This document shows, in pieces, positions 26,258-37,800 of a stretch of 64,000 bases of DNA; within the stretch, counting starts at the first letter, position 1; each line of letters starts with the position of its first letter. The position numbers were made by a program, and so were the translations under genes. The notes under the pieces are model-generated. The model did no database searches, was not told where the DNA came from, and worked only from the letters and a program-made list of their open reading frames with translations. Source of the stretch: an uncultured Alphaproteobacteria bacterium (GTDB taxonomy: Bacteria; Pseudomonadota; Alphaproteobacteria; Rhizobiales; Xanthobacteraceae); assembly GCA_963736435.1 (NCBI GenBank), contig CAVTOV010000004.1:133200-197199 (forward strand), given 5' to 3'.

Positions 26258-26695
26258 ATGGATTGGGCCTATCTTCTCAACAGTTTCCACGGCCGCATCG
26301 GCCGCCAGTCGTTCTGGATTGCCATGGTGGCCCTGACGGTGGCGGAGCTTTTCGCCCATGCCTTCGCCGAAGCAATTCAGGGCGATCGGCTCAGCGCCAT
26401 CGTCGATCTGGCATTCACCTATCCCGAATTCGCGATCGCGGTGAAACGCGGCCACGACCGCAATATGCCGCTGTGGCTGTTGATCGTGTTCTTCAGCGCC
26501 GGCGCGGTACTCGATCTGCTCACAGTGCTGGAAATGACCGGCACCGAAGACGACCCCAGTATTGTGTCGCTGGTCATCGCGCTCGCATTCACCGTGATGG
26601 GGCTCGCGCTTCTCGTTGAACTCGGGTTCCGGAAGGGTACGCCCGGGCCAAATCAGTACGGGCCTGACCCGCTTGCAAACAGTCCACAGCGATGA
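26258..26695 (+). CDS. DUF805 inner-membrane protein
   Basis: [20 protein letters not shown]....[12 protein letters not shown].. and C-terminal ..[12 protein letters not shown]. Its TGA overlaps the dapE ATG (ATGA). Confidence 0.75.
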   Translation: MDWAYLLNSFHGRIGRQSFWIAMVALTVAELFAHAFAEAIQGDRLSAIVDLAFTYPEFAIAVKRGHDRNMPLWLLIVFFSAGAVLDLLTVLEMTGTEDDPSIVSLVIALAFTVMGLALLVELGFRKGTPGPNQYGPDPLANSPQR

Positions 26696-27846
26696 CCGCC
26701 GATCCAATCGCCATTGCCCGCGACCTCGTCCGCTGCCGGTCGGTGACGCCGGAGGACGGCGGCGCGCTCGGCGTTTTGCAAAGCGTGCTGACGCAAGCCG
26801 GTTTCACCGTGCAACGCACAGTGTTCACCGAGCCCGGCACCGCACTGATCGATAATCTCTATGCCCGCATCGGCACCGCGAAACCCAATCTGGTCTTCGC
26901 CGGCCATACCGACGTGGTGCCGCCCGGCAATGAAACGGCCTGGACGCATCCGCCATTCGCCGGCGCGGTTGCGAACGATATGTTTTACGGCCGCGGCGCC
27001 GTCGACATGAAAGGCGGCATCGCCGCTTTCGTCGCCGCGGCGCTCGATTATCTCGGCGCGAACGGTGGCAAGCCAAAGGGCTCGATTTCGCTCCTGATTA
27101 CCGGCGACGAGGAAAGCGTCGCGGTCAACGGCACCATCAAGCTCCTGAAATGGGCGGCAGAGCGCGGCGAGACCTTCGATCATTGCATTCTCGGCGAGCC
27201 GAGCAACGTGGACGCGGTCGGCGACACCGTCAAAGCCGGCCGGCGCGGCTCGCTCAACGGCACGCTCGTCGTTCATGGCCGCCAGGGCCACGTCGCCTAT
27301 CCCGAACGCGCCGACAATCCGATCCGCGGCCTCATTCCGCTGATCGCCGCGCTGCAGGCGCCGCTCGATCAAGGCAGCGCGCTGTTCGCACCATCAAACC
27401 TCGAATTCACCTCGGTCGATGTCGGTAATCCGACGGTCAATCTCATCCCCGGTGAAGCGCGCGCGCGCTTCAACATCCGCTACAATGATTGCCACAGCCA
27501 GGCTTCGCTGAAGGCGCTGATCGAAGAGCGCGCGCGACAAGCTGCCGCCGGGCACGTGCATTATTCGTTCGAATGGCAACCATCGAACGCCGATGTCTTC
27601 GTCACCAAACCGGGCCCATTTACCGATCTTGCGGTTGCGGCCATCAAAGAAGTCACCGGCCGCACGCCAACACTGTCGACCAGCGGCGGCACCTCCGACG
27701 CACGCTTCATCAAGGATTATTGTCCGGTGCTCGAATTCGGCCTCGTCGGCCAGACCATGCATCAGGTCGACGAATGCACGCCGGTCGCCGATCTCGTCAC
27801 GCTGACGGCGGTCTATCGGCGCATCATCGAGCGCTATTTCGTGTAG
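26692..27846 (+). CDS. dapE: succinyl-diaminopimelate desuccinylase
   Basis: 384 aa with ..[36 protein letters not shown].. Confidence 0.95.
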   Translation: MTADPIAIARDLVRCRSVTPEDGGALGVLQSVLTQAGFTVQRTVFTEPGTALIDNLYARIGTAKPNLVFAGHTDVVPPGNETAWTHPPFAGAVANDMFYGRGAVDMKGGIAAFVAAALDYLGANGGKPKGSISLLITGDEESVAVNGTIKLLKWAAERGETFDHCILGEPSNVDAVGDTVKAGRRGSLNGTLVVHGRQGHVAYPERADNPIRGLIPLIAALQAPLDQGSALFAPSNLEFTSVDVGNPTVNLIPGEARARFNIRYNDCHSQASLKALIEERARQAAAGHVHYSFEWQPSNADVFVTKPGPFTDLAVAAIKEVTGRTPTLSTSGGTSDARFIKDYCPVLEFGLVGQTMHQVDECTPVADLVTLTAVYRRIIERYFV

Positions 27847-29068
27847 CGATAACCTGATCTGCCGCCACGACGCCGGTGAACCAGCCGCCATGCGCAGTGG
27901 AAAAATCATTTCGTGAGCAGGCTTCGCCGGCGAAAAACAGCCGATTGTCGACCGGATCGGCGAGCGTCTGCCGGCAATCGGCGAATCCCGGCAAGGCGCA
28001 GGAGTAAGATCCGAGCGCGAACGGATCGAGACCCCAGCGATGCATCCGGATCAGCTTCAAACGGCGGGCAAAATTGCTGCCGAACAAATGCACCAGCTCG
28101 GAAACGGCAAAGTCGAAAAACGCGTCCTCGCCATGCGTTTCCAGCTCGGCGGCAAATCCTCCGGCGAAATAAGCCTCGATCATCGGCCGGCCGAACGGCC
28201 TGAAATGGTAGCCGGCCGTGCCGGGACGATCGATATGGCCGAACACCCGGACGTTCTCTTCGAACTCGGCGGCACCCTCAAGTGCAATGAAGGCTTTATC
28301 GGCTAGCCCTAGCGGCAAACCGGTGGCCGCCTGAATTTTTGCCGGCAGCGCCGGCGTGAACAGAACATGCTCTGCCGCGAGGACAGCACTGGGTATCGCC
28401 ACGATGACTTGATCGGTCGTTATCGCACCCTTCGCGGTTTCGATACGCAACCGTTTGCCGCGATGATCGATTCCTCGGACCGGACAATCGAGCATGGCGG
28501 GCACCGGGGCGCCGTAATTGCTGATGAGCGTGCCGTAGCCTTCGAAGACGCGATAATTGACGCCGGTGTCCTCGTAGCGGTCGAGATCCTTCACCGAAAG
28601 GCGATCGAGATCCACGCCGCTGATATAGGTGCCGACGGCGTTGATAAGTCCATTCCAACGGTTTCCGGGTTCGAGCAAAGTCGATGCCGCGGTGTCCTGT
28701 TCGGCCTGCGCGGCGCGTTCCGCGCGGGCGAAGAAGGCCGCGACCGCTTTTTGAAACTCGTCCTGCTCGGCGCGGGGGAATCCCACTTCGAGAGCCGGGC
28801 GCTGCCAGGGCGCAGCGGTCCGATCGATTGCCGCGCCCAGCTCTTTGGCAACGGCGACCCACGGGTTGCGATCTGCCGAGTGCAGCCAGCCGCAACCCAG
28901 ATCGAGCGTAAAGCCGGATTCATCGACCACGGTCCAGGCCCGACCGCCGAGCCGCGGCCGCGCCTCAACAAGGAGACAATCGATCGAGGCCGCACGGAGC
29001 CGCCGGGCCGCGGCAACACCGGCGGCACCGCCGCCGACCACCACGACCTCGACATCGCTTCCCGGCAT
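27824..29068 (-). CDS. flavin-containing amine oxidase family protein
   Basis: [34 protein letters not shown].. and C-terminal ..LFFAGEACS. Its 3' end overlaps the dapE 3' end by 23 nt (convergent). The ORF track extends to 29155. Confidence 0.8.
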   Translation of the reverse strand: MPGSDVEVVVVGGGAAGVAAARRLRAASIDCLLVEARPRLGGRAWTVVDESGFTLDLGCGWLHSADRNPWVAVAKELGAAIDRTAAPWQRPALEVGFPRAEQDEFQKAVAAFFARAERAAQAEQDTAASTLLEPGNRWNGLINAVGTYISGVDLDRLSVKDLDRYEDTGVNYRVFEGYGTLISNYGAPVPAMLDCPVRGIDHRGKRLRIETAKGAITTDQVIVAIPSAVLAAEHVLFTPALPAKIQAATGLPLGLADKAFIALEGAAEFEENVRVFGHIDRPGTAGYHFRPFGRPMIEAYFAGGFAAELETHGEDAFFDFAVSELVHLFGSNFARRLKLIRMHRWGLDPFALGSYSCALPGFADCRQTLADPVDNRLFFAGEACSRNDFSTAHGGWFTGVVAADQVIATRNSAR

Positions 29069-29087
29069 TACGAACTCCGTCCAGCCG

Positions 29088-29825
29088 TCAATAATCCACT
29101 CGCACCAGATAAAGTCCGTGCGGCGGCGCGACCTGGCCACATGCCGTACGGTCACGGGCGGCGAGCGCGGCCGCGAGATCGTCCGCGCTCCACTTACCCT
29201 CGCCTACATGGACCAGCGAGCCGACCATCGAGCGCACCTGATGCTGCAGGAACGAGCGCGCCGAGGTGGTAACGAGCACTTCGTCGCCGTCACGGACGAC
29301 GTCGAGACGATCGAGCGTCTTCAACGGCGATTTGGCCTGGCACTCGGTCGAGCGGAAGGTGGTGAAGTCGTGCTTGCCGATCAACCTCTGGGCGGCCTCA
29401 TGCATCGCGTCTGCATCGAGCGGGCGCGGCACGCGCCAGGCGCGATTTTGTTCGAGCGTCAGGTCGGCACGGCGATTGACGATACGATAGAGGTAATGGC
29501 GCTTGACCGCCGAGAAGCGCGCATCGAAATCCGACGCCACGAGTTCCGCGGTGAGCACCGAGACCAGCCGTGGCCTTAGATGGAAGTTGATGGCGTCGCG
29601 CACATTGCCGACGCCCCAGTCCTTACTGAGGTCGATATGCGCGACCTGACCGAGCGCATGCACGCCGGTATCGGTGCGCCCGGCGCCGGCGACGACGACG
29701 CGCTCGCCGGCAAAGGCCTCGACGGCTTCGGTGAGAACGCCCTGCACGGAAACGCCGCTGTCTTGTGTCTGCCAGCCGATGAAAGGCGTGCCGTCATATT
29801 CGATGGTGAGTTTGTAGCGGGGCAT
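29088..29825 (-). CDS. truA: tRNA pseudouridine(38-40) synthase
   Basis: [35 protein letters not shown].. Start chosen at 29825; the ORF track extends to 29888. Confidence 0.9.
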   Translation of the reverse strand: MPRYKLTIEYDGTPFIGWQTQDSGVSVQGVLTEAVEAFAGERVVVAGAGRTDTGVHALGQVAHIDLSKDWGVGNVRDAINFHLRPRLVSVLTAELVASDFDARFSAVKRHYLYRIVNRRADLTLEQNRAWRVPRPLDADAMHEAAQRLIGKHDFTTFRSTECQAKSPLKTLDRLDVVRDGDEVLVTTSARSFLQHQVRSMVGSLVHVGEGKWSADDLAAALAARDRTACGQVAPPHGLYLVRVDY

Positions 29826-29838
29826 CTGTCGGCGCCGT

Positions 29839-30762
29839 TCAGCGTAAAACGCCGGCGCGCGCAGCCGGCGTGCCGTGCAAGAACTCATCTGCCGGCATTG
29901 GCTTGCCGCCAGCGCGCTGCAGTTCGACGATCCGCACCGCGCCCTCGCGGCACGCGACGGTCAGCTTATCGTCAAGCACCGCGCCCGGCTCACCAGCGCC
30001 CTCACCCTTGGTGGTACGGAGAATCTTGATACGGCCGACACCGTCGAGTTCGCACCAGGCACCGGGAAACGGCGACAGGCCGCGGCAGTGATTGTGGACT
30101 TCCCGCCATGACTTGGTCCAGTCGATCCGGGTCTCGCTCTTGTCGATCTTGGTGGCGTAGGTTGCGCCGGTTTCAGCTTGCGGCGTCAACGTCAGCGAGC
30201 CGCGATCGAGCGCGCCGAGTGCTACCACCATGAGCTTGGCGCCGAGCCGAGCCAAGTCGTCGTGCAGATCGCCGGTCGTGGCATCGGGCGCGATCGCCAC
30301 GCGCTGCGCCATCGCCACGGCACCGGTGTCGAGGCCTTCGTCCATTTTCATCACCATGACGCCGGTCTCGCTGTCGCCGGCTATGATCGCGCGGTGAATC
30401 GGCGCCGCCCCGCGCCAGCGCGGCAAGAGGGAGGCGTGCAAGTTGAAGCAGCCGTGGGGAAAGGCCTCCAGGATCGGCTTCGGCAAGATCAGCCCATAGG
30501 CCACAACCACGGCGACATCCGCGCCGTGTGCGAGCATGGCACTTGCGGCGTCGGGTGCTTTCAGGGTCTTAGGCGTGAAGACCGGCAGGCCGAATTTTCC
30601 GGCCTCGCGCGCCACGGGACTTGGCCGTTCCGCCATGCCGCGTCCGGCCGGTTGCGGCGCGCGGGTATAAACCGCGGCGACGTCGTAGCCCGAGCCGATT
30701 ATTTCAAGAAGCGTGGGCACCGCGAAGTCGGGCGTGCCCATGAACACGAGGCGGAGTGCCAC
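29839..30762 (-). CDS. fmt: methionyl-tRNA formyltransferase
   Basis: [32 protein letters not shown].. Confidence 0.95.
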   Translation of the reverse strand: MALRLVFMGTPDFAVPTLLEIIGSGYDVAAVYTRAPQPAGRGMAERPSPVAREAGKFGLPVFTPKTLKAPDAASAMLAHGADVAVVVAYGLILPKPILEAFPHGCFNLHASLLPRWRGAAPIHRAIIAGDSETGVMVMKMDEGLDTGAVAMAQRVAIAPDATTGDLHDDLARLGAKLMVVALGALDRGSLTLTPQAETGATYATKIDKSETRIDWTKSWREVHNHCRGLSPFPGAWCELDGVGRIKILRTTKGEGAGEPGAVLDDKLTVACREGAVRIVELQRAGGKPMPADEFLHGTPAARAGVLR

Positions 30763-31278
30763 TCACGCCTCCTCCTTCTTAGCCGCCTTGGTGAACTTTT
30801 TGATCACAAGATTGCGTTTGAGCCGGGAGAGGTGATCGATAAACAGCACGCCGTTGGTATGATCGATTTCGTGCTGCAGGCAGGTCGCCAACAGGCCCTT
30901 GGCCTTCACCTCATGCGCTTTCCCGTCGATGTCGAGGTATTTCACCTTGACCTCAGCCGGCCGCTCGACCTCCTCGTAATATTCCGGGATCGACAGGCAG
31001 CCTTCCTCGTATTTGCCGGTTTCTTCCGACTTCCAGGTAATCTCCGGATTGATGAAGACCTGCGGCTTGTAATCGCCCTCTTTCTTCGACAAGTCCATGG
31101 TGACGACGCGCTTGGCGACGCCGACTTGGATCGCCGCAAGCCCGATGCCCGGTGCGGCGTACATGGTCTCAAACATATCGTCGACCAGCTCGCGAATGCT
31201 GGCGTCGACCTGTTTGACCGGCTCCGATTTAAGCCGCAGCCGCTTGTCGGGGAGCTTTATGATCTCGCGCACAGCCAT
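30763..31278 (-). CDS. def: peptide deformylase
   Basis: ..GIGLAAIQ.., ..EGCLSIP.. and ..HEIDH.. motifs. It is directly contiguous with fmt. Confidence 0.95.
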   Translation of the reverse strand: MAVREIIKLPDKRLRLKSEPVKQVDASIRELVDDMFETMYAAPGIGLAAIQVGVAKRVVTMDLSKKEGDYKPQVFINPEITWKSEETGKYEEGCLSIPEYYEEVERPAEVKVKYLDIDGKAHEVKAKGLLATCLQHEIDHTNGVLFIDHLSRLKRNLVIKKFTKAAKKEEA

Positions 31279-31443
31279 GATGATCTCGCGACGCCTTGGC
31301 GGGCGATTTAAGGCGTGCGTAAAGCGGGGTCAATGCAGGCCTTTCGCCGATCGCGCCGTTGATCGGCGGCCTTTGGCGCGATATGACCGTTCGCTCTTCG
31401 TTCCGCCGCGAGTTGCGGAAGCAGTCCCGACCGAAAGCTGGGT

Positions 31444-32557
31444 ATGACCGAAAGTCTGACCATTGTTGCCATTCTTGTCGCCTGCGCAGCCCTCGTCGTC
31501 GTGGCGATCCTGCTGTGGCGGGCGCGCCACGCGGAGCAGCCCCACGCGACGCTGATGGCCGAATTGGCCCGCCAGCAAACCGATTTGGCGGCACGCCTCG
31601 ACGCATTGATGCGGCACCTCACCAACAGCCAGTCGCAGCTGCAGCGCAGCGTCAATGAGCGGCTTGATTCGGTTTCGCACCGGCTCGGCGATTTGCTGGA
31701 AAAGACCAAGCTGAGCACCACCGAGAATTCTGCAAAAGCTCAATGAGCGGCTCGCCGTTATCGACAGTGCACAAAAGAACATCACCGATCTCGCGACCCA
31801 GGTGACCTCGCTGCAGAGCGTGCTTGCCAACAAGCAATCGCGCGGCGCTTTCGGCCAGGGCCGGATGGAAGCGATCGTGCAGGACGGGCTGCCCAAGGGG
31901 GCCTACGCTTTCCAGCACACGCTATCGAACCGTACGCGTCCCGACTGCTGCATATTCCTGCCCGACCAGCGGCCGCTGGTGATCGATGCCAAATTTCCGC
32001 TCGAGGGCGTCACTGCTTATCGCGACGCCAAGACCGACGATGAGCGCAAGGCCGCGGCGCAGCGGCTGCGCGCCGATGTCGGCAAGCACGTCGCCGATAT
32101 CGCGGAGAAATACCTGATCGTCGGCGAAACGCAGGATCTCGCCTTGATGTTCGTGCCGTCGGAATTGGTCTATGCCGATCTGCACGACGGTTTCGACGAC
32201 GTGATTCAGAAGGCCTATCGCGCCCGCGTCATGGTGGTGTCGCCGTCGCTGCTCATGCTGGCGATCCAGGTGGTGCAGCAAATCCAGAAGGACGCCCGCA
32301 TGCGCGAGGCGGCCGACCAGATCCGCGACGAAGTCGGAAGGCTGGTAAAGGATGTGAGTTTGCTGGGCGACCGTATCCGCAAGCTGCAAACTCATTTCAA
32401 TCAATCGAACGAAGATATCCGCCTCTCGGTCATCTCCATCGAAAAGATCGAAACACGCGGCGAGCGCATTCAGCACGTCGAGCTTGGCGGCGCGGCGGCG
32501 GTCGCCTCGAACGTCATTCCCGCGCCGATGACGCACAAGTTGGAAGCGGGCGAATGA
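31444..32557 (+). pseudogene. rmuC: DNA recombination protein RmuC, interrupted by a +1 frameshift
   Basis: ORF 31444..31746 (TM helix plus coiled coil) ends ..KTKLSTTENSAKAQ*. The next frame continues from 31730 as LQKLNERLAVIDSAQKNITDLATQVTSLQSVLANKQSRGAFGQ.. through to 32557. One extra T in GAGAATTCTG (about 31728-31729) explains the shift. Confidence 0.8.
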
Positions 32558-32570
32558 CGGCGAATGCCAG

Positions 32571-33329
32571 ATGCCCGACAGCGAAAATTTGAGATTTCGC
32601 GACCAGCAAATTCGCCAGCGAATCGTACCGCTCATAAACGCTGCTCGCCACAGTCTGCTGTATTTCAATGAGCCCGATCTCAGATATGTAACCGAGCGCG
32701 GCGTCGCGGCGGAGCTACGCACCTCGATCAAATCGCTGGGATCTGCCGCGAGGGCCTTCTTTCGCCTTTATTCAGTCTATGACGCCACGATCGTCACATT
32801 AAAAATGTCGCGACGATCGCCATGGAACGACCATGAGATTTCTGAATCTCGCCATCTGGAGCTCGTATGGTTCCAATTTGTCAGTCAATGCGCGCTGTTT
32901 CGCGAACAGGCGAAGCGCTTCGGCAATCGCTATAACCGAGTCATGATTGATTTCGGCCGCGCGACGATAAACGTAGCGTCCACGTTGAAGACAATTGACG
33001 AAAGCCTGGAGAAGCATATTCGCGCGCGCGGCTGGTCCATGAACGAGTGGTATGTCGAGCGTTCCGACATCGGCCAATTCGACGCCATGGAAATCGTCAA
33101 TGCCGTTGAAAGAGCCGACAGTCCGCTTGGAACGGTCGAGGGGCATTACGATGCCGCCAAGAATTTTCTCGGCACGGAAATCGAGGACACAATCGCCTTC
33201 ATGGAGGAGTTTCTCATCGCGACGCTCGATAATCAGGTCGCCCCTCTCATGGAAACAATTGCCATCCTTGATTCGCGTATGAACGGATTAAAAGCGGGAG
33301 CTCAGGTCGGTGACCGCACCCCGGAGTAA
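32571..33329 (+). CDS. 252-aa hypothetical protein (orphan, visibly lower GC)
   Basis: The ORF sits 14 nt after the rmuC stop and overlaps the ampG start by 20 nt. It has no signal peptide or TM helix and looks all-helical. No family was recognised with confidence. Confidence 0.6.
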   Translation: MPDSENLRFRDQQIRQRIVPLINAARHSLLYFNEPDLRYVTERGVAAELRTSIKSLGSAARAFFRLYSVYDATIVTLKMSRRSPWNDHEISESRHLELVWFQFVSQCALFREQAKRFGNRYNRVMIDFGRATINVASTLKTIDESLEKHIRARGWSMNEWYVERSDIGQFDAMEIVNAVERADSPLGTVEGHYDAAKNFLGTEIEDTIAFMEEFLIATLDNQVAPLMETIAILDSRMNGLKAGAQVGDRTPE

Positions 33330-34650
33330 ATCCGCCTCGTTTTCGGAAACGCTCGCCGTCTATCTTAAGCGGCGGGTACTCATCGTGATGTTTCTCGGCT
33401 TCTCGTCGGGCCTGCCGCTGGCGTTGTCGGGCGCGACGCTGCTGGTCTGGATGACCGAAGCCGGGGTCAATCTCGGCACCATCGGCCTGTTCGCGCTGGT
33501 CGGTACGCCCTACACGATCAAATTCCTCTGGGCGCCGCTGATCGACGCGCTCGACGTGCCGGTATTGTCGCGGTGGTTCGGCCGGCGCCGCGGCTGGCTC
33601 CTTTTGTCCCAATTTCTTTTGATCGCCGCGATCGTCTTCCTCGGCGTCTGTGATCCGTCGGTCTCGGCCTTCGCCGTCGCTCTGGGCGCATTGATGGTCG
33701 CCACCGCGTCAGCGACGCAGGATATCATCGTCGATGCCTTTCGGGTGGAGAGCCTGGATGAAAGCGAGCAAGCCGCAGGAATGGCATCCTATGTCGCCGC
33801 CTACCGTATCGGCATGCTCGCCTCGACTGCCGGCGCACTTTTTCTGGTCAGCGGCTTTCAGGGTCTGGGTTTGAGCCACCACGCGGCGTGGAGCGCCGGT
33901 TATGGCGTGATGGCGGGTTTCGTCCTGATCGGCGTCGCGACCACGCTTTTTGCGGACGAGCCGCGAAAATCCGCCGTTGCCGAGGCGGCGCACGCCGTCG
34001 AAAGTTCGTGGCAACGTGTAATCGAAGCCGCGGTCGGCGCCTTCTCCGAGTTCCTCACCCGCGACCTCGCCTTTGTCGCACTTGCCTTCGTCATATTGTT
34101 CAAATTCTCCGATGCGCTGTCCGGCGCGATGACCGCGCCGTTCGTCATCGATCTTGGCTTTTCGCGCAATGAATATGCCGCCGTCATCAAGGGCGTCGGC
34201 CTTGCAGCGACGCTCTTTGGCGGTTTCGCCGGCGGTTTTGTCGCACGCGCTTTCTCGCTGCCCGCAAGCCTGTGGCTCGGCGGCCTCCTGCAAGCCGTCT
34301 CCAATCTCGGCTTTACCGTGCAGGCCATGCTGGGCCACAACACCGCCTGGCTCACCGTCGCGATCGTCGTCGAGAATTTCACCAGCGCCATTGGCACGGT
34401 GATCTTTGTCGCCTATCTTTCGGCGCTGTGCCGCAATCCGCTGCACACGGCAACGCAATACGCGCTGCTCACCGCATTGGCCGCCGTCGGCCGCACCTAC
34501 CTGTCGTCGGGAGCGGGCTTCATCGCCACGGCAGTCGGTTGGGCGTGGTTCTTCGTCATCTGCGTCATTGCCGGCTTGCCGGCGCTCGTTCTGCTTGCAG
34601 TGCTGCAACGGCGCGGACATTTTGCCGCGCTATTGCCGGTGGAAAAGTGA
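33310..34650 (+). CDS. ampG: AmpG-family muropeptide MFS transporter
   Basis: 446 aa from a GTG start, with ..FLGFSSGLPLAL..TLLVWMTEAGV..IGLFALVGTPYTIKFLWAPLID.. and about 12-14 TM helices. Confidence 0.85.
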   Translation: MTAPRSKSASFSETLAVYLKRRVLIVMFLGFSSGLPLALSGATLLVWMTEAGVNLGTIGLFALVGTPYTIKFLWAPLIDALDVPVLSRWFGRRRGWLLLSQFLLIAAIVFLGVCDPSVSAFAVALGALMVATASATQDIIVDAFRVESLDESEQAAGMASYVAAYRIGMLASTAGALFLVSGFQGLGLSHHAAWSAGYGVMAGFVLIGVATTLFADEPRKSAVAEAAHAVESSWQRVIEAAVGAFSEFLTRDLAFVALAFVILFKFSDALSGAMTAPFVIDLGFSRNEYAAVIKGVGLAATLFGGFAGGFVARAFSLPASLWLGGLLQAVSNLGFTVQAMLGHNTAWLTVAIVVENFTSAIGTVIFVAYLSALCRNPLHTATQYALLTALAAVGRTYLSSGAGFIATAVGWAWFFVICVIAGLPALVLLAVLQRRGHFAALLPVEK

Positions 34651-34836
34651 CAAGAACCAAGCCGGAACCGGCGGCGTACAGCGCTGCTTAATTGTGACAT
34701 AAACCGCCAGAGCCGAGGGATTTCCGAGGTTTTGCGGTAATTGGCTGCCTCGCAAAAAAGTCTTTTTGTAAGGATCAGATCGCTATAATCGCTGTTATCC
34801 TCTCGCTGCGCCCTCGAACCTGGCCGCCTGCTCCCT

Positions 34837-37800
34837 ATGGACACCATTCTGGTCAAGATTTTCGCCACCGCACTGGCGCTGAGCGAGGTCACGACCCAGC
34901 CGCAGGCGGTGAAGACGCATTTCGATCCAGCGCAGGATCAGGCCCAGGTGGTGCAGCTTCTCCGCGATGGCTGCGCTCACATGAAGCAAGCCTTCGACAT
35001 CGAATTGATCAATGTCGACGAACTCATTTCGACCGCACTCGACGATCCGAGCGCGATGGGCGCCGACATCAAAGCCTTTCACGGTCTCAACTTCGCCGAC
35101 TTGAATACGGCCTATCATCAGTTCTGCAAGAACGAGAATATCGATAAGCCGGTCGTCGATCTCGGCCAAGTCATCGATTTCTACAATAATGCAGCTACCG
35201 ACCTGCCCGATCCGGCGCAGCTCAAAGGCAAGAAGCTACCGAGCACCACTGTCGTACTCGACGGCGCCGGCAAGGATTTCGCCAACGTGTTCGAGCCCGG
35301 CAACCGGCGCATATGGTTGCCGATCGGCGATATTCCGGCGGTCGTGCAGAAGGCGTTCATCGCGGCCGAGGACCGGCGCTTCTTCCAGCACCATGGCGTC
35401 GACGAGCGCGGCATCATCCGCGCTTTCATCGGCAATCTCGGCGATTCAGGACGGCCGCAGGGCGGCTCGACCATCACGCAACAGGTCGTGAAAAATCTGC
35501 TGGTCGGCGAGGATGTGACTTACGAGCGTAAGATCCGCGAAATGATCGTGGCATCGCGGCTGGAAAATACGCTGAGCAAGAACGAGATTCTCGAGCTTTA
35601 TCTCAACTCCGCCTATCTCGGCCGCGGCTCGTGGGGCGTCGAAATGGCGTCACGCACCTATTTCGGCAAATCGGTCAAAGACCTCACCGCTGGCGAGGCG
35701 GCAATGCTCGCCGGTTTGTTGAAGGGCCCGAATTATTTCAATCCCGATCGCCATCCGGATCGCATGAAGGACCGCCTCGCTTACGTGCTTGGCCGCATGC
35801 AAGAGGATGGCGTCATCAACTCGACGCAAAAGGACGAGGCACTCGCCACGCCGCCAAAGCTCGTCGCCTATCAGCCGTCGCATCGCGATATCGGCTTTCA
35901 TTTCGTCGATTTTCTCGGCCGCGAGGCCAAGACCGACGGCGTCCCGAACATGACGGCGCAGTCTTATACCGTGCATTCAACCATCAATGCGCAATTGCAG
36001 CGCACCGCCGAAGCAGCATTGCAGGAAGGCTTGGCGCATTACGAAATATCGATGGGGCGGGTGCAGTTTCACGGTCCCGAAGCAAACCTCACCGATGCAA
36101 TCCAGAAGCTTTCCGCCGCGGGCCAAAATAGCGCCGCCGCTACGCCGGCCTGGCAGAGAGCGCTCCAGGCGTTTCACATGCCGCTCTACGACGTGCATTG
36201 GACCCCGGTGGTCGTAGTGCAAAAGGGCGACAGCAGAAAAGGCGACGATACGCTTCGCGTCGGTTTGCCCGACGGACGTATCATGGCGCTGAGTGGCGCG
36301 AGCAGCCAGATCAGGCGTAGCCTCAGCCTCTATGACGTCGTTTTTGCCAATGTCACTGAAACCAAGACTCGGGAAGTGCCGATCCGGCAAACCAAGAACG
36401 GCGATCCGAGGAATAAAACCAAAACCGTTACCGTCGCCGCCGGCCAGGCGCAGTTACGCGTGCGGCCGACCGTACAGGGCGCGGCATTGGTGCTCGAAAA
36501 TAAGACCGGCCGTATCCTCGCCATGGCCGGCGGCTTCTCCTATCCGTTGAGCCAGCTCAATCGCACTGCGCAGACCCAGCGTCAGCCCGGCTCGGCGATG
36601 AAGCCTTTGACCTATCTCACGGCGCTGCAGCGGGGATTGCAGCCCAATACGCTGGTCCTCAATGAGCCGATCACGCTGCCGCCGATCGGCATGCGCACCG
36701 ACGGCCGCGACGGCATCAGCCGCATGTACGACGGCAATGCCCGCCCGGAGGACTACTGGTCGCCGCGCAATGCCGACTACAACGAAGGCGGCGTCTATAC
36801 GATGCGGCGCGGACTGGAAAACTCGGTCAACGTCGTCACCGCGCATATCTTGGACGGCGGCATCGATCCCGATCCCGCCAAAAGCCTCGACTCGGTCTGC
36901 GCCACCGCGATGGCGGCGAAAATCTATAGCGAATGTGTGCGCTTCTATCCGTTCGTGCTCGGCGCCCAGCCGGTGCGAATGATCGACTTGGCGCCCTTCT
37001 ATGCCGCGGTAGCCAATGAGGGCGCCCTGCCGCAGCCGCACGGCATCGATTCCATCGAGCAGAACGGCCACACCATCTATCAATATCCCGATACCCCGCT
37101 GCCGCGGATCGGCGCCGCCGACCGCGCCTCGTTCTATCAGCTCAAAACCATGCTGCAGGGCGTGGTGGCGCGCGGTACCGCGCGCGCCATTGGCGGCTTG
37201 TCGCCCTATGTCGCCGGCAAGACCGGCACCACCGAGGATGCCGTCGATGGCTGGTTCGTCGGTTTCACCAATGACGTGACCGTTGCGGTCTGGGTCGGCT
37301 ACGACAATGGCGACGGCAAGCGCCGCTCGCTCGGCTCCAGCGAGACCGGCGCGCGCGTCGCACTGCCGATCTTCCAGCCGATCATCGAGGATATTTGGGC
37401 CCAACACATCGCGCCGAAAGCGCCGCTCGCCGGACCCTCGCCGGAGGCCAAGCATGACCTTGTCGACATTCCGATCGACTATGTGAGCGGCGACCGCATC
37501 GGCAGCAATAATCAGAACAATAATCAGAACAATAACCAGAACAATAATCAGAATAACGGCGGACTATTCGGCAATGGCGGGTTATTCGGCGGCGCTCCGC
37601 CACCACCCCCGGCGAGAAGTGGATCTGCTTTTGTCGAGCATTTCCGCCGCGCTCCGGATGGCCAGCCCGAAGATACCCAGTACGAGCTGGTATCGCGGGA
37701 AGAGGCTTACAATCAAAGCCAACCGCAGCAGCAGCAGGAGAGTAACGACCAAAACTGGTTCTGGGGCGGCAGCCAGAATAACAGCGGCGGCCAGTGGATC

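Noticed and set aside
27824-27846. Convergent 3'-end overlaps: dapE with the amine oxidase (23 nt), and the oxoprolinase with DUF1206 at 42824..42835.
   Set aside because: Short convergent overlaps are common in compact GC-rich genomes and may also reflect start or stop choice. They are not evidence of antisense regulation by themselves.
34761-34789. A perfect TATAAT (34784-34789) upstream of the PBP gene, considered as a promoter.
   Set aside because: No acceptable -35 element lies at 16-18 nt (TCTTTT only). It is kept as a note rather than a feature.
37507-37554. The tandem repeats here and at 2174..2218, considered as possible CRISPR or other spacer-repeat arrays.
   Set aside because: The units are contiguous with no spacers, only 12-15 bp long and present in 3-4 copies. 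One of them is coding. No cas genes are in the window.
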